From assembly GCA_964016885.1 (NCBI GenBank), contig OZ024741.1:108376001-108440000 (forward strand): a stretch of DNA of 64,000 nucleotides. The letters run 5' to 3'. Numbering within the stretch: position 1 is the first letter of the stretch; each line of letters opens with the position of its first letter. Made by a program: the position numbers and the translations under genes. Of this stretch, positions 40,120-55,000 are shown in pieces. The notes under the pieces were generated by a model that ran no database searches, was not told where the DNA came from, and saw only the letters and a list, made by a program, of their open reading frames with translations. This stretch comes from Eledone cirrhosa (taxonomy: Eukaryota).

Positions 40120-41607
40120 ACAGTGGTGATGGTAGTGATGGTTGTGATGATGTTGTTGTTGGTGGTGACAGTGGTGATGCTAGTGATGGTTGTGATGATG
40201 TTGGTGGTGGTGGTGACAGTGGTGATGGTAGTGATGGTTGTGATGTTGTTGGTGGTGGTGGTGACGGTGGTGAAGGTAGTGATGGTTGTGATGTTGTTGT
40301 TGTTGGTGGCGACAGTGGTGATGGTAGTGATGGTTGTGATGATGTTGTTGTTGGTGGTGGTGACAGTGGTGATGGTAGTGATGGTTGTGATGTTGTTGTT
40401 GTTGGTGGTGACAGTGGTGATGGTAGTGATGGTTGTGATGAAGTTGGTGGTGGTGGTGACAGTGGTGATGGTAGTGATGGTTGTGATGATGTTGGTGGTG
40501 GTGGTGACAGTGGTGATGGTAGTGATGGTTGTGATGATGTTGGTGGTGGTGACAGTGGTGATGGTATTGATGGTTGTGATGTTGGTGGTGGTGATGACAG
40601 TGGTGATGGTAGTGATGGTTGTGATGATGTTGGTGGTGGTGGTGGTGAGCGTTGTGATGGTAGTGATGGTTGTGATGATGTTGGTGGTGGTGACAGTGGT
40701 GATGGTATTGATGGTTGTGATGATGTTGGTGGTGGTGGTGGTGACAGTGGTGATGGTAGTGATGGTTGTGATGATGTTGGTGGTGGTGGTGACAGTGGTG
40801 ATGGTAGTGATGGTTGTGATGATGTTGGTGGTGGTGGTGACAGTGGTGATGGTAGTGATGGTTGTGATGATGATGGTGGTGGTGGTGACAGTGGTGATGG
40901 TAGTGATGGTTGTGATGTTGTTGTTGTTGGTGGTGACAGTGGTGATGGTAGTGATGGTTGTGATGGTTGTGGTGGTGACAGTGGTGATGGTAGTGATGGT
41001 TGTGATGTTGTTGTTGTTGGTGGTGACAGTGGTGATGGTAGTGATGGTTCTGATGATGTTGGTGGTGGTGGTGACAGTGGTGATGGTAGTGATGGTTGTG
41101 ATGATGTTGGTGGTGGTGGTGACAGTGGTGATGGTAGTGATGGTTGTGATGATGATGGTGGTGGTGGTGACAGTGGTGATGGTAGTGATGGTTGTGTTGT
41201 TGTTGTTGGTGGTGACAGTGGTGATGGTAGTGATGGTTGTGATGATGTTGGTGGTGGTGGTGACAGTGGTGATGGTAGTGATGGTTGTGATGATGATGGT
41301 GGTGGTGGTGACAGTGGTGATGGTAGTGATGGTTGTGATGTTGTTGGTGGTGGTGTTGACAGTGGTGATGGTAGTGATGGTTGTGATGTTGTTGTTCGTG
41401 GTGGTGACAGTGGTGATGGTAGTGATGGTTGTGATGATGCTGGTGGTGGTGGCAGTGGTGATGGTAGTGATGGTTGTGATGATGTTGGTGGTGGTGATGA
41501 CAGTGGTGATGGCAGTGATGGTTGTGATGATGTTGGTGGTGGTGATGACAGTGGTGATGGTAGTGATGGTTGTGATGATGTTGTTGGTGGTGGTGACAGT
41601 GGTGATG
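40120..41607. repeat. Segment duplicated at 56080-57567 (offset 15,960 bp)
   Basis: Shared rare variants GATGCTAGT, GACGGTGGTGAA, GGTTCTGAT and GTTCGTGGT at identical spacing; the 60-base lines starting at 41341 and 57301 are identical. Confidence 0.9.
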
Positions 41608-43574
41608 CTAGTGATGGTTGTGATGATGTTGGTGGTGGTGACAGTGGTTATGGTAGTGATGGTTGTGATGATGTTGGTGGTGGTGACAGTGGTGATGGTA
41701 GTGATGGTTGTGATGTTGTTTTTGTTGGTGGTGACAGTGGTGATGGTAGTGATGGTTGTGATGATGTTGTTGTTGTTGGTGGTGACAGTGGTGATGGTAG
41801 TGATGGTTGTGATGTTGTTGTTGTTGTTGGTGGTGACAGTGGTGATGGTAGTGATGGTTGTGATGTTGTTGTTGTTGGTGGTGACAGTGGTGATGGTAGT
41901 GATGGTTGTGATGTTGTTGTTGTTGTTGGTGGTGACAGTGGTGATGGTAGTGATGGTTGTGATGTTGTTCTTGTTGGTGGTGACAGTGGTGATGGTAGTG
42001 ATGGTTGTGATGATGTTGTTGTTGGTGGTGACAGTGGTGATGGTAGTGATGGTTGTGATGTTGTTGTTGGTGGTGGTGACAGTGGTGATGGTAGTGATGG
42101 TTGTGATGATGTTGGTGGTGGTGACAGTGGTGATGGTAGTGATGGTTGTGATGTTGTTGTTGGTGGTGACAGTGGTGATGGTAGTGATGGTTGTGATGTT
42201 GTTGTTGTTGGTGGTGACAGTGGTGATGGTAGTGATGGTTGTGATAATGTTGGTGGTGGTGGTGACAGTGGTGATGGTAGTGATGGTTGTGATGATGTTG
42301 GTGGTGGTGACAATGGTGATGGTAGTGATGGTTGTGATGTTGTTGTTGGCGGTGGTGACAGTGGTGATGGTAGTGATGGTTGTGATGTTGTTGGTGGTGG
42401 TGACAGTGGTGATGGTTGTGATGGTTGTGATGATGTTGGTGGTGGTGGTGACAGTGGTGATGGTAGTGATGGTTGTGATGTTGTTGTTGGTGGTGACAGT
42501 GGTGATGGTAGTGATGGTTGTGATGATGTTGGTGGTGGTGGTGACAGTGGTGATGGTAGTGATGGTTGTGATGATGTTGGTGGTGGTGGTGACAGTGGTG
42601 ATGGTAGTGATGTTTGTGATTATGTTGGTGGTGGTGGTGGTGACAGTGGTGATGGTAGTGATGGTTGTGATGTTGTTGGTGGTGGTGACAGTGGTGATGG
42701 TTGTGATGGTTGTGATGATGTTGGTGGTGGTGGTGACAGTAGTGATGGTAGTGATGGTTGTGATGTTGTTGGTGGTGGTGACAGTGGTGATGGTTGTGAT
42801 GGTTGTGATGATGTTGGTGGTGGTGATGACAGTGGTGATGGTAGTGATGGTTGTGATGATGTTGGTGGTGGTGGTGACAATGGTGATGGTATTGATGGTT
42901 GTGATGATGTTGGTGGTGGTGACAGTGGTGATGGTAGTGATGGTTGTGATGTTGTTGTTGTTGGTGGTGGTGACAGTGGTGATGGTAGTGGTGGTTGTGA
43001 TGATGTTGGTGGTGGTGGTGGTGACAATGGTGATGATAGTGATGGTTGTGATGTTGGTGGTGGTGATGGTATTGATGGTTGTGATGGTTGTGATGATGTT
43101 GGTGGTGGTGACAGTGGTGATGGTAGTGATGGTTGTGATGTTGTTTTTGTTGGTGGTGACAGTGGTGATGGTAGTGGTGGTTGTGATGATGTTGGTGGTG
43201 GTGGTGGTGACAATGGTGATGGTAGTGATGGTTGTGATGATGTTGGTGGTGGTGACAGTGGTGATGGTAGTGATGGTTGTGATGATGTTGGTGGTGGTGA
43301 CAGTGGTGATGGTAGTGATGGTTGTGATGTTGTTTTTGTTGGTGGTGACAGTGGTGATGGTAGTGATGGTTGTGATGATGTTGTTGTTGTTGGTGGTGAC
43401 AGTGGTGATGGTAGTGATGGTTGTGATGTTGTTGTTGTTGTTGGTGGTGACAGTGGTGATGGTAGTGATGGTTGTGATGATGTTGGTGGTGGTGACAATG
43501 GTGATGGTAGTGATGGTTGTGATGTTGTTGTTGGTGGTGGTGACAGTGGTGATGGTAGTGATGTTTGTGATGTT

Positions 43575-46500
43575 GTTGGTGGTGGTGACAGTGGTGATGG
43601 TTGTGATGGTTGTGATGATGTTGGTGGTGGTGGTGACAGTGGTGATGGTAGTGATGGTTGTGATGTTGTTGTTGGTGGTGACAGTGGTGATGGTAGTGAT
43701 GGTTGTGATGATGTTTGTGGTGGTGGTGACAGTGGTGATGGTAGTGATGTTTGTGATTATGTTTGTGGTGGTGGTGGTGACAGTGGTGATGGTAGTGATG
43801 GTTGTGATGTTGTTGGTGGTGGTGACAGTGGTGATGGTTGTGATGGTTGTGATGATGTTGGTGGTGGTGGTGACAGTAGTGATGGTAGTGATGGTTGTTA
43901 TGTTGTTGGTGGTGGTGACAGTGGTGATGGTTGTGATGGTTGTGATGATGTTGGTGGTGGTGATGACAGTGGTGATGGTAGTGATGGTTGTGATGATGTT
44001 GGTGGTGGTGGTGACAATGGTGATGGTATTGATGGTTGTGATGATGTTGGTGGTGGTGACAGTGGTGATGGTAGTGATGGTTGTGATGTTGTTGTTGTTG
44101 GTGGTGGTGACAGTGGTGATGGTAGTGGTGGTTGTGATGATGTTGGTGGTGGTGGTGGTGACAATGGTGATGATAGTGATGGTTGTGATGTTGGTTGTGG
44201 TGATGGTATTGATGGTTGTGATGATGTTGGTGGTGGTGGTGACAGTGGTGATGGTAGTGATGGTTGTGATGTTGTTGTTGGTGGTGACAGTGGGGATGGT
44301 AGTGATGGTTGTGATGATGTTGGTGGTGGTGACAGTGGTGATGGTAGTGATGGTTGTGATGATGTTGGTGGTGGTGGTGACAGTGGTGATGGTAGTGATG
44401 GTTGTGATGTTGTTGTTGTTGGTGGTGACAGTGGTGATGGTAGTGATGGTTGTGATGATGTTGGTGGTGGTGGTGGTGACAGTGGTGATGGTAGTGATGG
44501 TTGTGATGTTGTTGTTGTTGGTGGTGACAGTGGTGATGGTAGTGATGGTTGTGATGATGTTGGTGGTGTTGGCAGTGGTGATGGTAGTGATGGTTGTGAT
44601 GATGATGTTGGTGGTGGTGGTGACAGTGGTGATGGTAGTGATGGTTGTGATGTTGTTGTTGTTGGTGGTGACAGTGGTGATAGTAGTGATGGTCGTGATG
44701 TTGTTGTTGTTGGTGGTGACAGTGGTGATGGTAGTGATGGTTGTGATGTTGTTGTTGTTGGTGGTGACAGTGGTGATGGTAGTGATGTTTGTGATGTTAT
44801 TGTTGTTGGTGGTGACAGTGGTGATGGTAGTGATGGTTGTGATGTTGTTGTTGTTGGTGGTGACTGTGGTGATGGTAGTGATGGTTGTGATGTTGTTGTT
44901 GTTGGTGGTGACAGTGGTGATGGTAGTGATGGTTGTGATGTTGTTGTTGATGGTGGTGACAGTGGTGATGGTAGTGATGGTTGTGATGATGTTGGTGGTG
45001 GTGTCAGTGGTGATGGTAGTGATGGTTGTGATGATGTTGGTAGTGGTGGTGACAGTGGTGATGGTAGTGATGGTTGTGATGTTGTTGTTGGTGGTGACAG
45101 TGGTGATGGTAGTGATGGTTGTGATGATGCTGTTGGTGGTGGTGACAGTGGTGATGGTAGTGATGGTTGTGATGATGTTGTTGGTGGTGGTGACAGTGGT
45201 GATGGTAGTGATGGTTGTGATGATGTTGTTGGTGGTCGTGACAGTGGTGATGGTAGTGATGGTTGTGATGATGTTGTTGGTGGTGGTGACAGTGGTGATG
45301 GTAGTCATGGTTGTGATGATGTTGGTGGTGGTGACAGTGGTGATGGTAGTGGTGGTTGTGATGATGTTGTTGGTGGTGACAGTGGTGATGGTAGTGATGG
45401 TTGTGATGATGTTGGTGGTGGTGACGGTGGTGATGGTAGTGATGGTTGTGATGATGTTGGTGGTGGTGGTGACAGTGGTGATGGTAGTGATGGTTGTGAT
45501 GATGTTGGTGGTGGTGACAGTGGTGATTGTATTGATGGTTATGATGATGTTGGTGGTGGTGACAGTGGTGATGGTAGTGATGGTTGTGATGATGTTGGTG
45601 GTGGTGGTGACGGTGGTGATGGTAGTGATTGTTGTGATGAAGATGTTGGTGGTGACAGTGGTGATGGTAGTGATGGTTGTGATGATGGTGGTGGTCGTGA
45701 CAGTGGTGATGGTAGTGATGGTTGTGATGATGATGTTGGTGGTGGAGGTGACAGTGGTGATGGTAGTGATGGTTGTGATGAAGATGTTGGTGGTGACAGT
45801 GGTGATGGTAGTGATGGTTGTGATGATGGTGGTGGTCGTGACAGTGGTGATGGTAGTGATGGTTGTGATGATGATGTTGGTGGTGGTGGTGACAGTGGGG
45901 ATGGTAGTGGTGGTTGTGATGATGTTGTTGGTGATGACAGTGGTGATGGTAGTTATGGTTGTGATGATGTTGGTGGTGGTGACAGTGGTGATGGTAGTGA
46001 TGGTTGTGATGAAGATGTTGGTGGCGACAGTGGTGATGGTAGTGATGGTTGTGATGTTGTTGTTGTTGGTGGTGACAATGGTGATGGTAGTGATGGTTGT
46101 GATGATGATGTTGGTGGTGGTGACAGTGGTGATGGTAGTTATGGTTGTGATGATTTGGTGGTGGTGACAGTGGTGATGGTAGTGATGGTTGTGATGTTGT
46201 TGTTGTTGGTGGTGACAGTGGTGATGGTAGTGATGGTTGTGATGATGTTGTTGGTGGTGGTGACAGTGGTGATGGTAGTGATGGTGGTGATGATGTTGGT
46301 GGTGGTGGTGACAGTGGTGATGGTATTGATGGTTGTGATGATGTTGGTGGTGGTGGTGACAGTGGTGATGGTATTGATGGTTGTGATGATGTTGTTGGTG
46401 GTGGTGACAGTGGTGATGGTAGTGATGGTCGTGATGATGTTGGTGGTGGTGACAGTGGTGATGGTAGTGATGGTTGTGATGATGTTGGGTGGTGGTGACA

Positions 46501-49500
46501 GTGGTGATGGTAGTGATGGTTGTGATGATGTTGGTGGTGGTGGTGACAGTGGTGATGGTAGTGATGGTTGTGATGATGTTGGTGGTGGTGACAGTGGTGA
46601 TGGTAGTGATGGTTGTGATGATGTTGGTGGTGGTGACAGTGGTGATGGTAGTGATGGTTGTGATGATGTTGTTGGTGGTGGTGACAGTGGTGATGGTAGT
46701 GATGGTTGTGATGATGTTGGTGGTGGTGGTGACAGTGGTGATGGTATTGATGGTTGTGATGATCATGTTGGTGGTGGTGACAGTGGTGATGATAGTGATG
46801 GTTGTGATGATGATGTTGGTGGCGGTGACAGTGGTGATGGTAGTGATGGTCGTGATGATGATGTTGGTGGTGGTGACAGTGGTGATGGTAGTGATGGTTG
46901 TGGCGATGATGGTGGTGGTGACAGTGGTGATGGTATTGATGGTTGTGATGATTTTGTTGGTGGTGTTGACAGTGGTGATGGTAGTGATGGTTGTGATGTT
47001 GTTGTTGTTGGTGGTGACATTGGTGATGGTATTGATGGTTGTGATGATGTTGGTGGTGGTGGTGACAGTCGTGATGGTAGTGAAGGTTGTGATGATGTTG
47101 GTGGTGGTGACAGTGGTGATGGTAGTGATGGTTGTGATGTTGTTGTTGTTGGTGGTGACAGTTGTGATGGTAGTGATGGTTGTGATGATGTTGCTGTTGG
47201 TGGTGACAGTGGTGATGCTAGTGATGGTTGTGATGATGTTGGTGGTGGTGGTGACAGTGGTGATGGTAGTGATGGTTGTGATGATGTTGGTGGTGGTGAC
47301 AGTGGTGATGGTAGTGATGGTTGTGATGATGTTGTTGGTGGTGACAGTGGTGATGATAGTGATGGTTGTGATGTTGTTGTTGTTGGTGGTGACAGTGGTG
47401 ATGGTAGTGATGGTTGTGATGATGTTGGTGGTGGTTGTGACAGTGGTGATGGTAGTGATGGTTGTGATGATGTTGTTGTTGGTGGTGGTGACAGTGGTGA
47501 TGGTAGTGATGGTTGTGATGTTGTTGTTGTTGGTGGTGACAGTGGTGATGGTATTGATGGTTGTGATGATTTTGGTGGTGGTGGTGACAGTCGTGATGGT
47601 AGTGAAGGTTGTGATGATGTTGGTGGTGGTGACAGTGGTGATGGTAGTGATGGTTGTGATGTTGTTGTTGTTGGTGGTGACATTGGTGATGGTAGTGATG
47701 GTTGTGATGATGTTGGTGGTGGTGACAGTGGTGATGGTATTGATGGTTGTGATGATGTTGGTGGTGGTGGTGACAGTCGTGATGGTAGTGAAGGTTGTGA
47801 TGATGTTGGTGGTGGTGACAGTGGTGATGGTTGTGATGGTTGTGATGATGTTGGTGGTGGTGGTGACAGTGGTGATGGTAGTGATGGTTGTGATGTTGTT
47901 GTTGGTGGTGACAGTGGTGATGGTAGTGATGGTTGTGATGATGTTTGTGGTGGTGGTGACAGTGGTGATGGTAGTGATGTTTGTGATTATGTTTGTGGTG
48001 GTGGTGGTGACAGTGGTGATGGTAGTGATGGTTGTGATGTTGTTGGTGGTGGTGACAGTGGTGATGGTTGTGATGGTTGTGATGATGTTGGTGGTGGTGG
48101 TGACAGTAGTGATGGTAGTGATGGTTGTTATGTTGTTGGTGGTGGTGACAGTGGTGATGGTTGTGATGGTTGTGATGATGTTGGTGGTGGTGATGACAGT
48201 GGTGATGGTAGTGATGGTTGTGATGATGTTGGTGGTGGTGGTGACAATGGTGATGGTATTGATGGTTGTGATGATGTTGGTGGTGGTGACAGTGGTGATG
48301 GTAGTGATGGTTGTGATGTTGTTGTTGTTGGTGGTGGTGACAGTGGTGATGGTAGTGGTGGTTGTGATGATGTTGGTGGTGGTGGTGGTGACAATGGTGA
48401 TGATAGTGATGGTTGTGATGTTGGTTGTGGTGATGGTATTGATGGTTGTGATGATGTTGGTGGTGGTGGTGACAGTGGTGATGGTAGTGATGGTTGTGAT
48501 GTTGTTGTTGGTGGTGACAGTGGGGATGGTAGTGATGGTTGTGATGATGTTGGTGGTGGTGACAGTGGTGATGGTAGTGATGGTTGTGATGATGTTGGTG
48601 GTGGTGGTGACAGTGGTGATGGTAGTGATGGTTGTGATGTTGTTGTTGTTGGTGGTGACAGTGGTGATGGTAGTGATGGTTGTGATGATGTTGGTGGTGG
48701 TGGTGGTGACAGTGGTGATGGTAGTGATGGTTGTGATGTTGTTGTTGTTGGTGGTGACAGTGGTGATGGTAGTGATGGTTGTGATGATGTTGGTGGTGTT
48801 GGCAGTGGTGATGGTAGTGATGGTTGTGATGATGATGTTGGTGGTGGTGGTGACAGTGGTGATGGTAGTGATGGTTGTGATGTTGTTGTTGTTGGTGGTG
48901 ACAGTGGTGATAGTAGTGATGGTCGTGATGTTGTTGTTGTTGGTGGTGACAGTGGTGATGGTAGTGATGGTTGTGATGTTGTTGTTGTTGGTGGTGACAG
49001 TGGTGATGGTAGTGATGTTTGTGATGTTATTGTTGTTGGTGGTGACAGTGGTGATGGTAGTGATGGTTGTGATGTTGTTGTTGTTGGTGGTGACTGTGGT
49101 GATGGTAGTGATGGTTGTGATGTTGTTGTTGTTGGTGGTGACAGTGGTGATGGTAGTGATGGTTGTGATGTTGTTGTTGATGGTGGTGACAGTGGTGATG
49201 GTAGTGATGGTTGTGATGATGTTGGTGGTGGTGTCAGTGGTGATGGTAGTGATGGTTGTGATGATGTTGGTAGTGGTGGTGACAGTGGTGATGGTAGTGA
49301 TGGTTGTGATGTTGTTGTTGGTGGTGACAGTGGTGATGGTAGTGATGGTTGTGATGATGCTGTTGGTGGTGGTGACAGTGGTGATGGTAGTGATGGTTGT
49401 GATGATGTTGTTGGTGGTGGTGACAGTGGTGATGGTAGTGATGGTTGTGATGATGTTGTTGGTGGTCGTGACAGTGGTGATGGTAGTGATGGTTGTGATG

Positions 49501-52061
49501 ATGTTGTTGGTGGTGGTGACAGTGGTGATGGTAGTCATGGTTGTGATGATGTTGGTGGTGGTGACAGTGGTGATGGTAGTGGTGGTTGTGATGATGTTGT
49601 TGGTGGTGACAGTGGTGATGGTAGTGATGGTTGTGATGATGTTGGTGGTGGTGACGGTGGTGATGGTAGTGATGGTTGTGATGATGTTGGTGGTGGTGGT
49701 GACAGTGGTGATGGTAGTGATGGTTGTGATGATGTTGGTGGTGGTGACAGTGGTGATTGTATTGATGGTTATGATGATGTTGGTGGTGGTGACAGTGGTG
49801 ATGGTAGTGATGGTTGTGATGATGTTGGTGGTGGTGGTGACGGTGGTGATGGTAGTGATTGTTGTGATGAAGATGTTGGTGGTGACAGTGGTGATGGTAG
49901 TGATGGTTGTGATGATGGTGGTGGTCGTGACAGTGGTGATGGTAGTGATGGTTGTGATGATGATGTTGGTGGTGGAGGTGACAGTGGTGATGGTAGTGAT
50001 GGTTGTGATGAAGATGTTGGTGGTGACAGTGGTGATGGTAGTGATGGTTGTGATGATGGTGGTGGTCGTGACAGTGGTGATGGTAGTGATGGTTGTGATG
50101 ATGATGTTGGTGGTGGTGGTGACAGTGGGGATGGTAGTGGTGGTTGTGATGATGTTGTTGGTGATGACAGTGGTGATGGTAGTTATGGTTGTGATGATGT
50201 TGGTGGTGGTGACAGTGGTGATGGTAGTGATGGTTGTGATGAAGATGTTGGTGGCGACAGTGGTGATGGTAGTGATGGTTGTGATGTTGTTGTTGTTGGT
50301 GGTGACAATGGTGATGGTAGTGATGGTTGTGATGATGATGTTGGTGGTGGTGACAGTGGTGATGGTAGTTATGGTTGTGATGATTTGGTGGTGGTGACAG
50401 TGGTGATGGTAGTGATGGTTGTGATGTTGTTGTTGTTGGTGGTGACAGTGGTGATGGTAGTGATGGTTGTGATGATGTTGTTGGTGGTGGTGACAGTGGT
50501 GATGGTAGTGATGGTGGTGATGATGTTGGTGGTGGTGGTGACAGTGGTGATGGTATTGATGGTTGTGATGATGTTGGTGGTGGTGGTGACAGTGGTGATG
50601 GTATTGATGGTTGTGATGATGTTGTTGGTGGTGGTGACAGTGGTGATGGTAGTGATGGTCGTGATGATGTTGGTGGTGGTGACAGTGGTGATGGTAGTGA
50701 TGGTTGTGATGATGTTGGGTGGTGGTGACAGTGGTGATGGTAGTGATGGTTGTGATGATGTTGGTGGTGGTGGTGACAGTGGTGATGGTAGTGATGGTTG
50801 TGATGATGTTGGTGGTGGTGACAGTGGTGATGGTAGTGATGGTTGTGATGATGTTGGTGGTGGTGACAGTGGTGATGGTAGTGATGGTTGTGATGATGTT
50901 GTTGGTGGTGGTGACAGTGGTGATGGTAGTGATGGTTGTGATGATGTTGGTGGTGGTGGTGACAGTGGTGATGGTATTGATGGTTGTGATGATCATGTTG
51001 GTGGTGGTGACAGTGGTGATGATAGTGATGGTTGTGATGATGATGTTGGTGGCGGTGACAGTGGTGATGGTAGTGATGGTCGTGATGATGATGTTGGTGG
51101 TGGTGACAGTGGTGATGGTAGTGATGGTTGTGGCGATGATGGTGGTGGTGACAGTGGTGATGGTATTGATGGTTGTGATGATTTTGTTGGTGGTGTTGAC
51201 AGTGGTGATGGTAGTGATGGTTGTGATGTTGTTGTTGTTGGTGGTGACATTGGTGATGGTATTGATGGTTGTGATGATGTTGGTGGTGGTGGTGACAGTC
51301 GTGATGGTAGTGAAGGTTGTGATGATGTTGGTGGTGGTGACAGTGGTGATGGTAGTGATGGTTGTGATGTTGTTGTTGTTGGTGGTGACAGTTGTGATGG
51401 TAGTGATGGTTGTGATGATGTTGCTGTTGGTGGTGACAGTGGTGATGCTAGTGATGGTTGTGATGATGTTGGTGGTGGTGGTGACAGTGGTGATGGTAGT
51501 GATGGTTGTGATGATGTTGGTGGTGGTGACAGTGGTGATGGTAGTGATGGTTGTGATGATGTTGTTGGTGGTGACAGTGGTGATGATAGTGATGGTTGTG
51601 ATGTTGTTGTTGTTGGTGGTGACAGTGGTGATGGTAGTGATGGTTGTGATGATGTTGGTGGTGGTTGTGACAGTGGTGATGGTAGTGATGGTTGTGATGA
51701 TGTTGTTGTTGGTGGTGGTGACAGTGGTGATGGTAGTGATGGTTGTGATGTTGTTGTTGTTGGTGGTGACAGTGGTGATGGTATTGATGGTTGTGATGAT
51801 TTTGGTGGTGGTGGTGACAGTCGTGATGGTAGTGAAGGTTGTGATGATGTTGGTGGTGGTGACAGTGGTGATGGTAGTGATGGTTGTGATGTTGTTGTTG
51901 TTGGTGGTGACATTGGTGATGGTAGTGATGGTTGTGATGATGTTGGTGGTGGTGACAGTGGTGATGGTATTGATGGTTGTGATGATGTTGGTGGTGGTGG
52001 TGACAGTCGTGATGGTAGTGAAGGTTGTGATGATGTTGGTGGTGGTGACAGTGGTGATGGT
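43575..52061. repeat. Near-perfect 4,230 bp tandem duplication (~43575-47804 / ~47805-52061)
   Basis: Markers at offset 4,230: GATCAT 46761/50991, -1 indel ~46155/~50385, +1 indel ~46487/~50717, GATTAT-GTTTGT 43755/47985. Confidence 0.93.
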
Positions 52062-55000
52062 AGTGATGGTTGTGATGTTGTTGTTGTTGGTGGTGACATT
52101 GGTGATGGTAGTGATGGTTGTGATGATGTTGGTGGTGGTGACAGTGGTGATGGTAGTGATGGTTGTGATGATGTTGGTGGTGGTGACAGTGGTGATGGTA
52201 TTGATGGTTGTGATGATGTTGGTGGTGGTGGTGACAGTCGTGATGGTAGTGAAGGTTGTGATGATGTTGGTGGTGGTGACAGTGGTGATGGTAGTGATGG
52301 TTGTGATGATGTTGGTGGTGGTGATGACAGTGGTGATGGTAGTGATGGTTGTGATGTTGTTGTTGTTGGTGGTGGTGACAGTGGTGATGGTAGTGATGGT
52401 TGTGATGATGTTGTTGTTGGTGGTGGTGACAGTGGTGATGGTAGTGATGGTTGTGATGTTGTTGTTGTTGCTGGTGACAGTGGTGATTGTAGTGATGGTT
52501 GTGATGATGTTGTTGTTGGTGGTGACAGTGGTGATGCTAGTGATGGTTGTGATGATGTTGGTGGTGGTGGTGACAGTGGTGATGGTAGTGATGGTTGTGA
52601 TGTTGTTGGTGGTGGTGGTGACGGTGGTGAAGGTAGTGATGGTTGTGATGTTGTTGTTGTTGGTGGTGACAGTGGTGATGGTAGTGATGGTTGTGATGAT
52701 GTTGTTGTTGGTGGTGGTGACAGTGGTGATGGTAGTGATGGTTGTGATGTTGTTGTTGTTGGTGGTGACAGTGGTGATGGTAGTGATGGTTGTGATGAAG
52801 TTGGTGGTGGTGGTGACAGTGGTGATGGTAGTGATGGTTGTGATGATGTTGGTGGTGGTGGTGACAGTGGTGATGATAGTGATGGTTGTGATGATGTTGG
52901 TGGTGGTGACAGTGGTGATGGTATTGATGGTTGTGATGTTGGTGGTGGTGATGACAGTGGTGATGGTAGTGATGGTTGTGATGATGTTGGTGGTGGTGGT
53001 GGTGACAGTGGTGATGGTAGTGATGGTTGTGATGATGTTGGTGGTGGTGACAGTGGTGATGGTAGTGATGGTTGTGATGATGTTGGTGGTGGTGGTGGTG
53101 ACAGTGGTGATGGTAGTGATGGTTGTGATGATGTTGGTGGTGGTGGTGACAGTGGTGATGGTAGTGATGGTTGTGATGATGTTGGTGGTGGTGGTGACAG
53201 TGGTGATGGTAGTGATGGTTGTGATGATGATGGTGGTGGTGGTGACAGTGGTGATGGTAGTGATGGTTGTGATGTTGTTGTTGTTGGTGGTGACAGTGGT
53301 GATGGTAGTGATGGTTGTGATGATGATGGTTGTGGTGGTGACAGTGGTGATGGTAGTGATGGTTGTGATGTTGTTGTTGTTGGTGGTGACAGTGGTGATG
53401 GTAGTGATGGTTCTGATGATGTTGGTGGTGGTGGTGACAGTGGTGATGGTAGTGATGGTTGTGATGATGTTGGTTGTGGTGGTGACAGTTTTGATGGTAG
53501 TGATGGTTGTGATGATGATGGTGGTGGTGGTGACAGTGGTGATGGTAGTGATGGTTGTGATGTTGTTGTTGTTGGTGGTGACAGTGGTGATGGTAGTGAT
53601 GGTTGTGATGATGTTGGTGGTGGTGGTGACAGTGGTGATGGTAGTGATGGTTGTGATGATGATGGTGGTGGTGGTGACAGTGGTGATGGTAGTGATGGTT
53701 GTGATGTTGTTGTTGTTGGTGGTGACAGTGGTGATGGTAGTGATGGTTGTGATGATGCTGGTGGTGGTGGTGACAGTGGTGATGGTAGTGATGGTTGTGA
53801 TGATGTTGGTGGTGGTGGTGACAGTGGTGATGGTAGTGATGGTTGTGATGTTGTTGGTGGTGGTGTTGACAGTGGTGATGGTAGTGATGGTTGTGATGTT
53901 GTTGTTGTTGGTGGTGACAGTGGTGATGGTAGTGATGGTTGTGATGATGTTGGTGGTTGTGGTGACAGTGGTGATGGTAGTGATGGTTGTGATGTTGTTG
54001 GTGGTGGTGTTGACAGTGGTGATGGTAGTGATGGTTGTTATGTTGTTGTTGGTGGTGGTGACAGTGGTGATGGTAGTGATGGTTGTGATGATGTTGGTGG
54101 TGGTGGCAGTGGTGATGGTAGTGATGGTTGTGATGATGTTGGTGGTGGTGATGACAGTGGTGATGGCAGTGATGGTTGTGATGATGTTGGTGGTGGTGAT
54201 GACAGTGGTGATGGTAGTGATGGTTGTGATGATGTTGTTGGTGGTGGTGACAGTGGTGATGGTAGTGATGGTTGCGATGTTGGTGGTGTTGACAGTGGTG
54301 ATGGTAGTGATGGTTGTGATGTTGTTGGTGGTGGTGTTGACAGTGGTGATGGTAGTGATGGTTGTGATGTTGTTGTTGGTGGTGGTGACAGTGGTGATGG
54401 TAGTGATGGTTGTGATGATGTTGGCGGTGGTGGCAGTGGTGATGGTATTGATGGTTGTGATGATGTTGGTGGTGGTGGTGACAGTGGTGATGGTAGTGAT
54501 GGTTGTGATAATGTTGGTGGTGGTGACAGTGGTGATGGTAGTGATGGTTGTGATGATGTTGGTGGTGGTGACAGTGGTGATGGTAGTGATAGTTGTGATG
54601 TTGTTGGTGGTGGTGGTGGTGACAGTGGTGATGGTAGTGCTGGTTGTGATGATGTTGGTGGTGGTGATAACAGTGGTGATGGTATTGATGGTTGTGATGA
54701 TGTTGGTGGTGGTGACAGTGGTGATGGTAGTGATGGTTGTGATGTTGTTGGTGGTGGTGACAGTGGTGAGGGTAGTGATGGTTGTGATGATGTTGTTGGT
54801 GGTGGTGACAGTGGTGATGGTAGTGATGGTTGTGATGATGATGTTGGTGGTGGTGACAGTGGTGATGGTAGTGATGGTTGTGATGATGTTGGTGGTGGTG
54901 ACAGTCGTGATGGTAGTGATGGTTTTGATGTTGTTGTTGTTGGTGGTGGTGACAGTGGTGATGGTAGTGCTGGTTGTGATGATGTTGGTGGAGGTGATGA

